Of a stretch of 64,000 nucleotides of DNA, positions 1-13,069 are shown piece by piece. Position 1 is the first letter of the stretch. Every line of letters starts with the position of its first letter. Both the position numbers and the translations under genes were made by a program. The notes below the pieces were generated by a model. That model did no database searches. It was not told the DNA's origin and was given only the letters and a program-made list of their open reading frames with translations. This DNA is from Carcharhinus longimanus. Taxonomy: Eukaryota. The stretch lies in the NCBI GenBank assembly GCA_030264375.1, contig JASCQW010000137.1, forward strand, positions 33,575,657-33,639,656, given 5' to 3'.

Positions 1-622
1 GAATAGAGTGGTCAAGCAGGCATTCGGCATGCTTAGTTTCATCAGTCAGAACGTTGAATACAGGAGTTGGAATGGCTTGTTGAAGTTGTACAACTTGGAA
101 TACTGTGTACAGTTCTAATAGGTCACCCTATTATAGAAAGAATATTACTAAATTAGAGTGCAGAAAAGATTTACTAGGATGCTGCCAGGACTTGATGGAT
201 TGAGTTATGAGGGGAGGCTGGATAGACTGGGACTTTTTTCTCTGGAGCGTAGGAGGCTGAGGGGTAATCTTATAGAGGTCTATAAATTAATGAAGCATAG
301 ATCAGCTAGGTAGTCAATATCTTTTCCCAAAGGCAGAGGAATTTAAAACTAGAGGGTATAGGTTTAAGGGGAGAGATACAAGTGTCCAGCGGGGCAATTT
401 TTTCAGAGGGTGGTGAGTCTGGAACAAGCTGCCAGAGGTGGTGGTAGAGGCAGGTACAATTTTGTCTTTTTAAAAGCATTTGGATAGTTACATGGGTAAG
501 GGCATAAAGGGATATGGGCCAAATGCATGCAATTAGGATTAGATTACGGGTTTTTAAAAAAAAAGTGGCATGGACAAGTTGGGTCAAAGGGCCTGTTTCC
601 ATACTGTAAATCTCTGACTCCA
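1..622 (+). mobile_element. CR1-clade LINE 3' fragment (decayed ORF2 end and 3' UTR)
   Basis: Degenerate 'LEYCVQF..P.Y.K', 'RVQKRFTRMLPGL..LSYE.RL..LGLFSLE.RRLRG' motifs and ggtcaaagggcctgtttcc tail. Confidence 0.8.
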
Positions 623-2289
623 TGCTCTCTCCTTTTCTTAGGAGGGACCAAACAAGTAGTGAAAAATCTATGTTCAACCTAATTTTCTGATTGTGTTTTC
701 TACCTGACATTGATTTATACTCACATTTGTTCCTTTTCATCTTCATCCAGGCTGCTGTTGATGTTAGTCCTACCTTTCCCCTTCAAGGGAATAGATCTTC
801 AGCATTGCCTGCAATAAGATTTATTTGAAGGTGGCCCATTATTGAGACACGCTTTTTTAAAAAATGCTAACATTTGATTCCAACTCACTCCACTCGGATG
901 CATTCTGATCCCATTGAACAAAAACAGGTCATGCTGGAAAATTTCAGCAGATCTGATAGCATCTGAGGAGAGAGAATAGAGCCAGTGTTTTGCATCTGAA
1001 TGGTCCTTTGTCAGAGCTCTCAAAGTGGAGAGCAGAACTTCAGGGTAGGCATTTCTGAAAGAAGTGGCAATGAGTCAAATATCTGAGATAAAGCAAAATA
1101 CTGCAGATGTTGGAATCTGAAACAAAATTTGTTTGTTTTAGTGTCACAAGTAGACTTGCGTTAACACTAATGAAGTTACTATGAAAATCTCTAGGGAAAG
1201 AAAACAAAATGAAAATCTCAGCAGCTCTGGTTAAATATTCTAGCCACCCATTCCCTCCCTGTCTGCTACTTAGCTGCATTTTGATCAACTCAATGTGCTA
1301 TCCACATAATCCTCAGCCTTGCAAATGCACCACCATGGTTTCAGCCTCTGCTCAAGTTTACAACCTGGAGCCTCAGTTTCTACAGCTGATGATACTTGCT
1401 GCAAATATTGTCATTGAGGGCACTTTGTCTCTGAATTTCCACAGAATGCACCCTCCATGTGGCTAAACTGCACTGACACACTTTTTAAAAATTTTGTTTC
1501 CAACTGTATGGTATAAAATAGTAACTCCTCTGATACTTGTCAATTGTCATCTCTACGCTGATTCCAGAAAAGCTAAAGGAAAACTGGTGACGACTTGTAT
1601 TGTAAAAAGCCTGCTGAAATGTTCACTGCTCAATAACGGTTCACTGTCCAATGTGCTGAGCTGCTACTGTTAATCATTGCCTAATTGGAATAGTGAGATT
1701 GGGAGTTTGTGGGAAGAGTAGAAATCTCCTCCTGTCTTCCCAGCTCTCAAGCATCCGTGAATGGTGTACTAAATTCTACGTGACATGAAATTAGATACAA
1801 TACTCTTATTTCAAACATGCAAGTATTTATGTATTTTAGTATTTAGCAGTAATTTTCAAAATTAAAACAATTTCACTCTGCCCTTGAGTAGAGCACATGA
1901 CCCAGCTGCCTCTTTTGGTGCATCCTTATGTGATACTTTTGTGTCCAGCCTTATCAGACAATATCTAATATCTGGTTGGTTTCTTGATCAAGTTAACCTT
2001 GTTTTTTTTTCCCCCCAGTACACAATGTGTGGTCTCGTTCCCAGTTGAGATGTTTTTCTGTAATTGAATGTTGCATGTTTATTAGTTCTATTTTCTACAC
2101 TGTTCTGGGTAGTGACAGAAATTGATTACCTGATGTGCAAGTTCCCATATTCTTCAAAGCATTCTAATGCTTTGTCATTAGTTTTTGGGTTTAAACTAGG
2201 CTTATTTGATTTTGCGACACATGATGGTTAAAGTAAACTGCAAAGAAGTCAATTTCTGTTTCGTTACACCAGGCAGGAGCTGCTGATAA

Positions 2290-2529
<240 letters not shown>

Positions 2530-3797
2530 TGAATTTTGTCACAGTTTTATTACATAATGTGGATATCTTTCCTTTAAAATTTGTTGATGCAGTGCATCTA
2601 ATGCTGGTGTGTGGCTTATGATAAATGCATAATACAACTAATTAATTGCTGTAAGGTGCTACCATATATTCAATGCAGTTGTCTTATTTGGTCTTTACAG
2701 CATGGCCTATGAATATTTATCATGCTTACAGCTGGAAAATAGTCCTAATGTAACTTGGCATTAACACTGATGGAATAAGCTGTATTGTGAAATAATTTGG
2801 TGTGCTATGCTGAGATGAGTATGTTTTGTCTCATGGAATTTAAAATGAGAGATTTTTCAGATACTGAACATATTTCTTGCATTAAGACAACCACTATGAA
2901 ATTCTTTGACACCCAGGAGTCTACTCTAACCATGAACCAACCATTTCTTGCACCGCAGACTGTTAGTGGTTAAATAGCTCATGCGAACTGTGCTCCATAG
3001 TCCTGAGGTGGTAAATAATTTTTCGTTATGCGAACTCTTGTTTTGGAGCTTTGTGACCTTTCTCGTGAGAGTATTTCATCTTTGCAAAGTATTAGCACTG
3101 TTATGGCCCCTCCCCTTCTACATTTCAGTCATAGCATGTCTCCCAGCAGACATTCCAAGGATAATGGCAGCAAATATTTGAAATTGCTGTTGTAACAATG
3201 CAGTCATGAAGCCACCCCAGGGAATCCTAATGACTTTAAACAATTTTGTTGCTGCCTTTGCAAGGCTTCTCCGGACCTTCTATCTATAATGTATTAAACC
3301 GTGTGTCTATATGCACTTCGTGGTAGCCCTTTTTTCCCCATTCTAAATTTCTGCCAACTTAGTAATGCAAATACATCATTGTGTTTTACACATTCTGATC
3401 AGTAATGGATCAAACATCTCCCAGTACAGAGAAACCATGTTCTAGTCAACTGTGCTTTTCTGCTTCTCAAACTGGAACAACTGTCACTATTTAACTATAA
3501 TATTTCACCCTGTCCTATCTTTTAGAGTATTGAATATGCAAAAAATGCCTAAGGTGAAGAGTTGTAAGTGACAATTCAGCATCTGAAGCAGTACCATTTT
3601 AAAAAGCCACAACTCAAATCAGTACTTAACAGTGGATAAATATTTCGGTTCACCAAAATCATTGTTTAATTCCATGAGCAAAAACTGATACCTTTTGTGC
3701 TTCAGTGGAATGCTTGCTCTACAGAACTTGGGGTAATGCATATTTGAAATGAATGTGGATTTCCTAATATTGCTATTTATTTGTTTGCAACAAGCAG

Positions 3798-3827
3798 CCC
3801 ATATCACCTAAACCAGTGAAACACCAG
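3798..3827 (+). CDS. MYH10: Alternative 30-nt loop-1 microexon (B1/N30 homolog) PISPKPVKHQ
   Basis: aagcag|CCC ATA TCA CCT AAA CCA GTG AAA CAC CAG|gcaagt; matches the mammalian B1 insert PESPKPVKHQ; phase 0; GC donor. Confidence 0.92.
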
Positions 3828-4829
3828 GCAAGTGTTAATGCAATTTAGTTTAATTCTTTGCAGCATGTGATTGATACTTCTCTTCCATTTTATTGATTTT
3901 GCTTCTATTAATTTTGAATTTTCTTTCCACTTTGTCTTTGTTTTTTTTTGTAATTGCTTCATGAGTTCTTTAAAGGAATCACTCGGCAACTTTTCACAAG
4001 TTCATGAACATCTACTTGCTGCCTGGTCTTTTTCTATAATGTACATTCTGAAGTAAAATGATCAATTCTATATTATTTCAGCTGCCTGCCACACACTGTA
4101 ATTGAAGACTTGTTTTTCCAATGCACTACTTTCAAAAGTGCTACTTTGAAGATTGTGTGCATACTCAAACATTGTGTGTAATTTCTACTCAAACTTTTGG
4201 TGACGATATTTATTGTTGAGGCTGACATTTCCTTATTAGTGACTTTCGAATGAGATTTCCTGCAGGAAATGGCACAATATAATCTCTGGCTGTATAAGTT
4301 AAAGGCTGTTGCTTGAATTTAGCTGGGGTTTACTTTTGATGTGATGCATCGCAATATTTCTTCAGAGGCAAATGATATGAGAGATATAATTTTCTTTCGA
4401 AAAAAAAGTCTTTTGGAGTGGGGGAGGGAATTATCTGGCCCGTTTGTGAAATCACTCTTGAATATGTTGCCTTTTCTCTAATGCTAAGCCCAATTCTTTT
4501 ATATCTTTGTTTCTCTAGAAATCAGAGCTTCCTGTTGGATCTTGGCCTGTATTGTTAAGCTGAAAACTGTAAATTCTGTAATCCATTTCCTTTTTTTTTG
4601 AAAATTAAATGCAATAGGAGTAGCTCTCCATTTCCTTTCCCCAAATAAGCTTGCTGTCGTTTAATATCTGACTTTTTCAGGGGAAAAAAAAATATACTCT
4701 GGAAATACAAACAAGTTGCTAACTAGAGTATTTTGATGTTCCTTTGGTGCTTCTCCGTCTTGTCCCTGTAGCCTCACCTTATCAGTGTGATTCTAATTCA
4801 GACCACTAACTTTATTTTGTAGTGTAAGA

Positions 4830-5270
4830 GCTTACCTGCTGCTGAAGCTCTCATCCACATTCTTGTTACCTGATTATTCTATTCCAGTCTTCCCCTCCCC
4901 TCCCCACTCATACCACTCCACCCTCCAAATCTGAGCTGATTCTAAACTCTCTGCACCAACTTCTGTTCACCCGGCACCCCTGCACATGCTGAGCTACACT
5001 GACTCTTGTCCCAACATCTTGATTTTAGAGTTCTTGTACTGACATTCGGATCCCTCCACATCTCTCACCACCTCAATTTCCTTGGCCTTCAAGAATTCTG
5101 CATCCCTCTAGCTCTGTCCTCTTGTCTTCGTTCCTCATCCATCCAAATTTCCTTTAGCTCATGCCTTCAACCAAATTGGTCCCAAAGTCTGGAATTTCCT
5201 AAGACTGTCCATATCTATCTGCTTTTCAAGACTACCCCTAAAACCTGTGTCTCATCAATCTTTTGGATCA
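4830..5270 (+). mobile_element. Old L2-like LINE 3' fragment
   Basis: gctgaagctctcatccac...; similar to 13270-13680 and 42400-43400. Confidence 0.5.
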
Positions 5271-5936
5271 ATCGTGATTTTTCATTCCTTGCACCTTTGG
5301 ATGCAAGCAGAGAAGTTCAAGACATCACTATTTTGGGAATGTGGTACCCAAATTTTGTATTTAAACACCAGACCTATTATGAAAGAATAAGACTGGAAAG
5401 TTGCTTGGAGGGGGACTGATGAGGCAAGGGAGGGCTCTTCCCAAAAAAAGCTATAGTTCTGACCCAAAACCTACTTTCACTGGGAGAGGATGCGGGTGAA
5501 TAGAAAATTAATATATTTAGTGAAGAGTAAAGAATTACAAATGCTTCCAAAATGTACAACTTTGGAATTGTTGGCATTGTTGCTGCATTAGTTTTAAGCC
5601 CATAAACCCATCAGAATCTGTTTCAGTTTTTAACTTCACAATGTGATCAACGTTGACCTCTTTGAAGGTTGGTTAGATTTATTTTTGGACTTGCTTTCAT
5701 CTGTCTTACTGAATTATAGGAAGGGAAGCTTTTTCTAAAAAATGAAAAGCTTTTGAGATATTGAAATTATATCTACCTTTTCATTTTATTAAATCCTGTG
5801 TATATCTCTCCTCTTCACTATCAGTTTTAATGGGCTTCTGATTTCTGATGCAAATTGGAAGTAATAAGTAAACTGTGTTGCTGTGTCACTAACATTTTAT
5901 TTTGGTATGCTATTTGTTTCTGCCCATTGACTACAG

Positions 5937-5957
5937 AGTGGAACTTCACTTTTATAT
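5937..5957 (+). CDS. MYH10: Alternative 21-nt loop-1 microexon (R18 homolog) SGTSLLY
   Basis: cactaac branch site at 5887, ctacag|AGT GGA ACT TCA CTT TTA TAT|gtgagt; resembles tetrapod SGSLLY. Confidence 0.88.
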
Positions 5958-7778
5958 GTGAGTAGCATGTTGTTTTAAGTCCCTGCTGTTTGGACTCTGG
6001 TAACAATTTCATGGTATATCTCACACTGGGCACATGGAACAGGATGCTATTGTTCATGTATGCAACAGATGGGACCTTTTCTCCCTGAGTTTAATAAACT
6101 TGCAGCAAACAATAGCATCAATTCGTAATTATGCCTTTCCTGTTTTGCATTGCTTTGCATGATTTTGCTGCTTACTTGCTAAAACCAGAGCAATCCTTTT
6201 CTTTGTTACAGAAGTGCTGGTCTGTACTCCAGAAAGCACTTGCAACATATTTGCATCAAGTGGAAAAAGTATCTTGTACTTTCCTGTTTATGCAATGTCA
6301 AATTATTGGAAGAGATGTAAACGTAGATGGTTATAAAACTGTCCTTTTTAGATTTGAGGCACAGCACTTGAGACTTTGAAGTTTCTAAGATGGTGGTACT
6401 CTGCCTACTCAAAAGAATCCAATTTACTTTGAGTTGATCAGCACCAGCTGCACTCTTTTTTGAATCTGCATCAGTCTGCTCACTGAACCATGATGCATTT
6501 GCATTGTTCTAGTAATTGCTTTCATTGCTCTGAAAATTGTGCAAAGATTTTGAAAATAACTTTTTTTACTATAGCAATTCATAAGCTGCTTCAGTTGGGC
6601 AAGGAAATTCTTAATCTAAACAATTTTATTGAAGGATTCAGTGAAAGTCTTGAGACTGTTACTGTAAAATAACTTGACCTTTTTCCATAGTGTATTTTTC
6701 CATTACTGTGGCAGGGAGGGAGGAGGGGAAGGAGGAAGAAGTGTTGGAGGAGCCCCTAGTGCAATATATCAAGAATTTGGTTTTTATCTAACATTTGTAA
6801 CTTTACTCCACACTCTCCAAATCTTGTACCTTTGTTACAGGAACTTCCTTCTAAAATTTGAGTACCGATCTGTTTTATCTGCCATTTAAAAATGCAAACC
6901 TCCAATGTGCCAAAGCAGGCTAAAATTGTAGAGTGGAGGATACTAATTACTTCTGCAATATTTATCCTAAATGTTTACTTGGAAATTCCTTGCCTACTTT
7001 CACAAATTGATTTAACTTTCAGGCATCATGTTCATGATCAGTTTCTGTACATCTAAGTTTTGTTCTATAATAAAGAAAGCTGCTGTGCTCTGCTATGTCT
7101 GTCTGATCTGAGACTAACTGGTAATGCATTCCTTTTTTCTCCCCTTCTCAGATGTTTGCGGTTTATTAAATAACGCAGTCTGTCTGTGTATTGAGAATAA
7201 TGAATATGCACAGTTTATGCTTGGATATTATCCATTTCACATTGTTGATGTATTGGCTCCTGTTGTGCTAGAAAAACCAGCCATGGTGGGCATATGTGGC
7301 CAATAAATATAACATCACAACCCAAATATCCTCAGTCTGTAAGACTGGGTTTTGTTTTTCATCACCTTGATTGAAATGTAGAAATTTACTTGATAAATTT
7401 ATTACCCTTTGCTTGCAGCACATTGGATTGTACATTTCAGCATGTAAATTACTAAGATTTATACATTAAGGTTTTAAATCCAAGTCCAAGGGTTTTATGA
7501 ACTTTAATATTTGATTTCAATATATTATAGCACCAAGTGATACCATCAAATGGAACACTGCAAATAAGGCCAGAGTAGACTTTGCATGCTGTAATGTGCT
7601 CCAAATAGTTTTAGATACAAGATCTAGATTCTAGATACAATTGTAGATTGAAGGTTTTTGTTCAATAAATATAATGATCCAGCTCAAGAATCCCAAATAT
7701 AGAAATCATTGACTTTTTCAATCTCCCTTCTTGAATTATCATGAGCGACTTGTATTATCAATTAAGCCGATTGGAAAT

Positions 7779-7981
7779 TGGTTTCCTCCTGCTGTCCAAA
7801 CATGTGCAGTTTAGGTGGACTGGCCTTGCTAAATTGCCTCTAGTGTCCCAAGATGTGGAGGTTAGGGGGATTAGTGAGGTAAATGCGTGGGGTTAGTGTT
7901 AGGGCAGGGGACCTGGTAAGCTGCCCTCTGAGTTGGTGCAGACTCGAACTAAATGGCCTCCTGCACTGTATGGATTGTGAT
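7779..7981 (+). mobile_element. HE1-like SINE (5' truncated)
   Basis: Core taggtggactggccttgctaaattgcc and CR1-type tail. Confidence 0.75.
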
Positions 7982-9214
7982 AGTTTTTCAGAAGCATACA
8001 TCTAAACAAGCTATAAGTTGGGCAGCTTATTGGTTTGTAACTGCTCATAGTTGTCTTGATAGCAAATAAGTCATCAGTAGCGCGTTGTGATGTGGGTCAA
8101 TCACTGGCTTGGTTAGGATCAGCAGACTGTGTAGTCTTGGGAATCGACCAAGCTCCGGAAATTAAGTGCATTAATGTAGTGTGTGACATAGCTGGACTTA
8201 ATGGACTTTTTTTTCTTCATGTTGCCCTGTATAAGCCCTGAACTGTGCATCTTCACTATTCTTTCATTTAACAAATGTTAGTGATATTCTATTAGATGAT
8301 TAACTGGGTACTATGTACTACAGTTAACCTTTTGAATGCTTTAAGTTTTAGTCATTTAAAAATGCCTTTGCAATCCATTGATGACTGAAAAATAGCTCAA
8401 TTTCTGGCCCTTTTAGAAGAGTGGTTACAGCAAATTAATTTCAGACTCCATAGTAATTCTAAAATGTCTGATTTTAATTAAAATATCAAGCTCCAGTTTT
8501 TCATATGATATATGGTGCAAAGTTGACTTGCTTACTTTTGGAATTGTTTAAAATGACATGAATGTGATAGAGTAGGCTGTCCCTGGATGGGAATAATGAT
8601 TCTAAACCTAAGCAAGGGACAAGTTCAGAAGGTAAACTAATCATCATTTCCATAATGGAAGTTAATTTTTTAGTCTGATCTGCTGGAAGTGGAACTTCAG
8701 CTGGGAAAAGCTACAGGACAGAAAAGAGTAGCAGGAAAATGAAAATGCAAAAATACCCCCTTTAAGTGCTTTAGTAGGTTCTTGTAACTGACCTTCACCT
8801 TTAGTCAGTGTTATTGAAATGCTTCTTGTTAAAACCTTTTAATTCTGGTTTGTATGTTCATGAGTCTGTCTAAAATATCTTTACAAGTCAAAGATGTGGG
8901 CTTTCCACNNNNNNNNNNTCCACTTTTTGTTTGGGGGGGGGCGTGGGTGGGTGGGAAGAGTGAGATGATTATTACTGAGGTCTGTTTATGTAAAGTGTCC
9001 TTGACAACTAGTGTTTCAAGTGCTTAGTTATGGGAACGTACTTGGTCTCAACTAATTATGCTGGGGTCCAAATACTAACTTGCATTCTCAGTTTTTGAAT
9101 GCATCCTTGGAATAAGAAAACAATATTCCATTATCTGAATGGGGAGGGAGGTGGGGGCAAATTCAGCCCTCCCTGTTGATCTCTGGGATAAGTACTGCTT
9201 ATCAAAGAAGAACA

Positions 9215-9436
9215 AGGCACAAGGAGGCCATTTGGCACATCGAGTCTACTCCAGATTTCTGACAGAGCATCTCACCTAGACACCACCACCTCCCCTGCCC
9301 CAATCTACATATCTTGAGACACTAAAGGGCAATTTAGCATGGCCAATCTAACTAACCTACATATCTTTAGACCTTGGGAAGAAACCGGCTCATCCTGCGG
9401 AAACCCACACAGACATGGGGAGAACTCCACACAGAC
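9215..9436 (-). mobile_element. HE1-like SINE
   Basis: gggcaatttagcatggccaatc...ggaaacccacacagacatgggg (reverse core). Confidence 0.75.
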
Positions 9437-10348
9437 CGCTATGGTGGTGGTTAAGACAACATGCAACAAACATTAATAAAATATTGTGGAATAACTTGAC
9501 TGATTATAAAGGCAACAAAACCTACTGATGCTTTAAAAGATAACCTTAGTTAGAATCCATGAGAATGTGGGAATCTTGAAATATATATTTTACTTCTGGA
9601 ATTATTCTCATTAGCGTGTATTCAAAAATCACTTTTTGTTCGCATTACCTGCGACAATAGTTGCCTTTTTGAATCCAAGTCTGAAAGTTAATACTCTAGC
9701 TGGCCGATGCTAGATCTCATTGTTTCCAGGTAATCCTGGAGTATTTGCTCTTGAAGTTTGGATATACCTGGCAGGTGAGGTTAGCTTGGTCAGAGGTAAA
9801 TCAAGAGGTTGGATCTATTTTGATACTTCACAAACCCTCAATCTTCATTGTTGCCATCTTTTACTTTTAGCCTTACCAGCTATTTAAAGAAATGTTTCCA
9901 TCGGTTCAGGCAATACATTCTTGTGAAGTCACCAGTATTAAATGTATCTGGCCAATGCAAGAGCAGCTGTGGGTTATGGCCATTGCCTGGTTTGTATTAA
10001 TTATGCAATGAGTACAAAGTCACTATTTAAAATAGTTCATTTAATCTAGCCTGTCTTTTCTTGGCATTCAAATATGATTGAAATCTAAATGTTGACAAGC
10101 ACACATGGACTGTATTTAATTTTCCCCAGTAGTGGGTATAAATAGCCATCGGGTGTTGGATTGGAAACTATTTCTTCAATAGCATTACTGATCAAAAACC
10201 TGCAAACTTCATAAAATCCCCAAAGCACCCACTTGGCATTCTTCCACAAATTGAAGAGTAGATGGGTAGTGATTTGGGCTGCCATGTTTATATGGTTATG
10301 GAGGTGGTCTTTTTCATTACTGTAATGAGTTCTTTTGCCTTTATTTAG

Positions 10349-10456
<108 letters not shown>

Positions 10457-11734
10457 TAAATTTTGATGGTAATATTCATGTTACAGCTGTATCTTTATGC
10501 ATTTTGTTGGATCAAGAACCATTCCAGTGTTATGACCGTCGCCATGCAAACTCTATTCCAAAGAAAGCTTGATCCATGAATCGCAATCTATCTTGTATTC
10601 TGACCAATAAGAGAAAATGTATTCTGAACTTGGAAGCCACAAAATTCCAGTAACACCTTTTTTGGATTTTAATGATTAAAACATTCATTAACAAAAAAGA
10701 GTATTTAAGCACACCAGATTACAATTATGCAGTATAAAAATTTGATTCATTGAACTTTCCTCCATCTAATTCACTGGTTAATCACACATGAACATCCTCA
10801 AGGCACCTTCCCTTTATAGATGTTTAACTATAAAATTCCATTAATACCACAAGGCAAACCCATTGTTGCTGTAGGAAAAGTATATTATAGAACTCTGAAC
10901 TTTAAAAACAAAAGCGCTGCTTTCTGGAATCGGACACTTTTCTGGCTTAGTTGGAATGGCTGCTTAAAACTCTGAACCTTCACAGCTCTTTTCCCAACAC
11001 GAAGCTATATCCTAGGAGATCTTGCATAGTTGCCCCAGAACAACTGTATCTCCTTAAATATCCTTTTACTCCATCTTCAATTCTGTTGCCCTTAGTGCTG
11101 CTTTGTACAATACTTTCTCAAAATATAAAAATCTTAAATGTCCTCATTTCCTTCACTTTAAATGTAATAACCTTTTCAAAGTTGTAAAACCATTTGTTCA
11201 TTTTTAACAGCTGAAAATTTAAACCCTTACTTATCCCCGATGCAAATTTCTACCCACTGTGCACCTGGCCATATCTACTTCAAATGCATGTCTTTAACAC
11301 CATTAGACAGACTTATTAAATTTTTTTTCTCACCCACAAGTCGTCTTCACAGAATAAGATACAAATGCATGTTTCAGGAATTAGCTGTGTCATTACATTC
11401 AATAATCAATCAATGTCACAAAAGCAGATTATCTGGTCAGTCATTGTTCCCATGTATGACCTTGCGCACACGTGGCTGCCATTTTCACCTGCAAAATAAT
11501 TACTTGTAGAACACTTTACAAGTGTTTTGAGAATGTGGAAAATGTTATAAGTCTCCGGTTGTGACGGAAATGGAAGGTTTTGTCCAACCAATCTTCCAAA
11601 ATCACCATTCTGAATGTGAGATTCTCAACTATCAAATGAAGCGCAAAAGTTATTTTGCCATTTAGGATGTTGATTGATCTGTGAAGTTCCAACAAAATGC
11701 TTGGCCAAATTTAAAATGTATATGGGTTAACTTT

Positions 11735-12045
11735 TTTTTACTTATGGGATATGGGCATTGCTGGCTAGATCCAGCATTTATTGCCCATCCTTAACTGCCC
11801 TCCATTTCAGAGGGCACTTGAGTCCACTACAGTGCTGTGGATCTGGAGTCTCATGTAGGCCAGGTAAGGACAGCAGGTTCCTACCCTCAGATCATTAGTG
11901 AATCAGATGTGTTTTTGCAAACAACTATGGTTTCACGGTCATCATTAGATCCTCTTTGTGAATTCAATAATATGCAATTAATGTCTCCATCTACTGTGGT
12001 GGGATTGCTAGTCCAGTGACAGTACCACTACACACTATCTCCCCT
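11735..12045 (-). mobile_element. Second tRNA-derived SINE family, reverse copy
   Basis: Reverse complement of 18668-19022 (ccagcatttattgcccatcc tail). Confidence 0.7.
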
Positions 12046-13069
12046 GGCAGCATGTACTACAATCTAATATATTTGTAGACTTCCAAGATGGCCTAGAATC
12101 ACAATTGATTAAAACAAAATGTTTTGCTTACTTTTTGAAACTAAAAGAACTTTATAATTTTAAAACTAGCATGGAAAATAAACTTGAATCTGCATGACCA
12201 CTTGTACAATTCTAAATCAGTGATATTGCTACTTGATCTTTGCTCGTGTGTGTTTTGTATTTCAGCAAGACGCTGAAATTTATATAAACATGGTGGTTCT
12301 GGACTTTTTTCCTAACAGCTTCCACATGTCTGCCATTAATATCTAGTCTGAAAGGATAANNNNNNNNNNNNNNNNNNNNNNNNNNNNNNNNNNNNNNNNN
12401 NNNNNNNNNNNNNNNNNNNNNNNNCTGGTTGAGGAAAAACCTTTTTTAACTAGTCAGTCGTTCAAAGTAAAGCTAGTTCGGGAAGAGGTGTATAATTTCA
12501 CTGTTTTCTCCATTCACTTGTTTTTAAATTCCTAATTTGGTATCTCTGCATATAGATATACTGTAATAAAAACCTTACCTTTAAAGTATCCTTGTTTACA
12601 CTCCTGGGCTATCCTGCTGTGATGTAAAATTTATCTTGGGGCATTTTGAGAAAAACTAAAGCTACAATTGAGTGAGATATCGCATGCCTAATTTCAATTC
12701 TGTTCCTTGGCATAATCGACACTGCACTCAAGTTCTGGAATTGGTCAGGTTTTAGTTATCCACTTAGCTTTTATAAAGCAAATCAAACTGTTCTCCTGGC
12801 CGTGTGGCCTGTGAAAAGCTGAAGTTTCTGGCCCCATTTGTTAAATTATTTTGCAGGGTTGAGAAACAAATGCCAGAAACTAGTCATGTGGAGATGGGGT
12901 GTTGAGTTTATACAGAAGCTGCATCTACATTGAGACTTACTTGGAAGGAGAATTGCTCCTGTTTGAACTCACCTGCAGAAACTCTCCCTGCTGCTTGTAG
13001 ACTCCCTCTGGACTCTGATTCCAACACACTCCTAGCTGGTTGACCCACCTTGTACCCATGGTAAACTTC

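Noticed and set aside
4750-4830. Acceptor-like sites at 4771 and 4822 (ag|t|gtaaga) as a tiny exon or recursive splice site
   Set aside because: Weak donor for the 15-nt option; the second is not AG|GT and a 1-nt exon would shift frame.
6825-6870. Acceptor tgttacag at 6841 as another microexon
   Set aside because: Phase-0 reading reaches TGA after 6 codons and the donor is poor.
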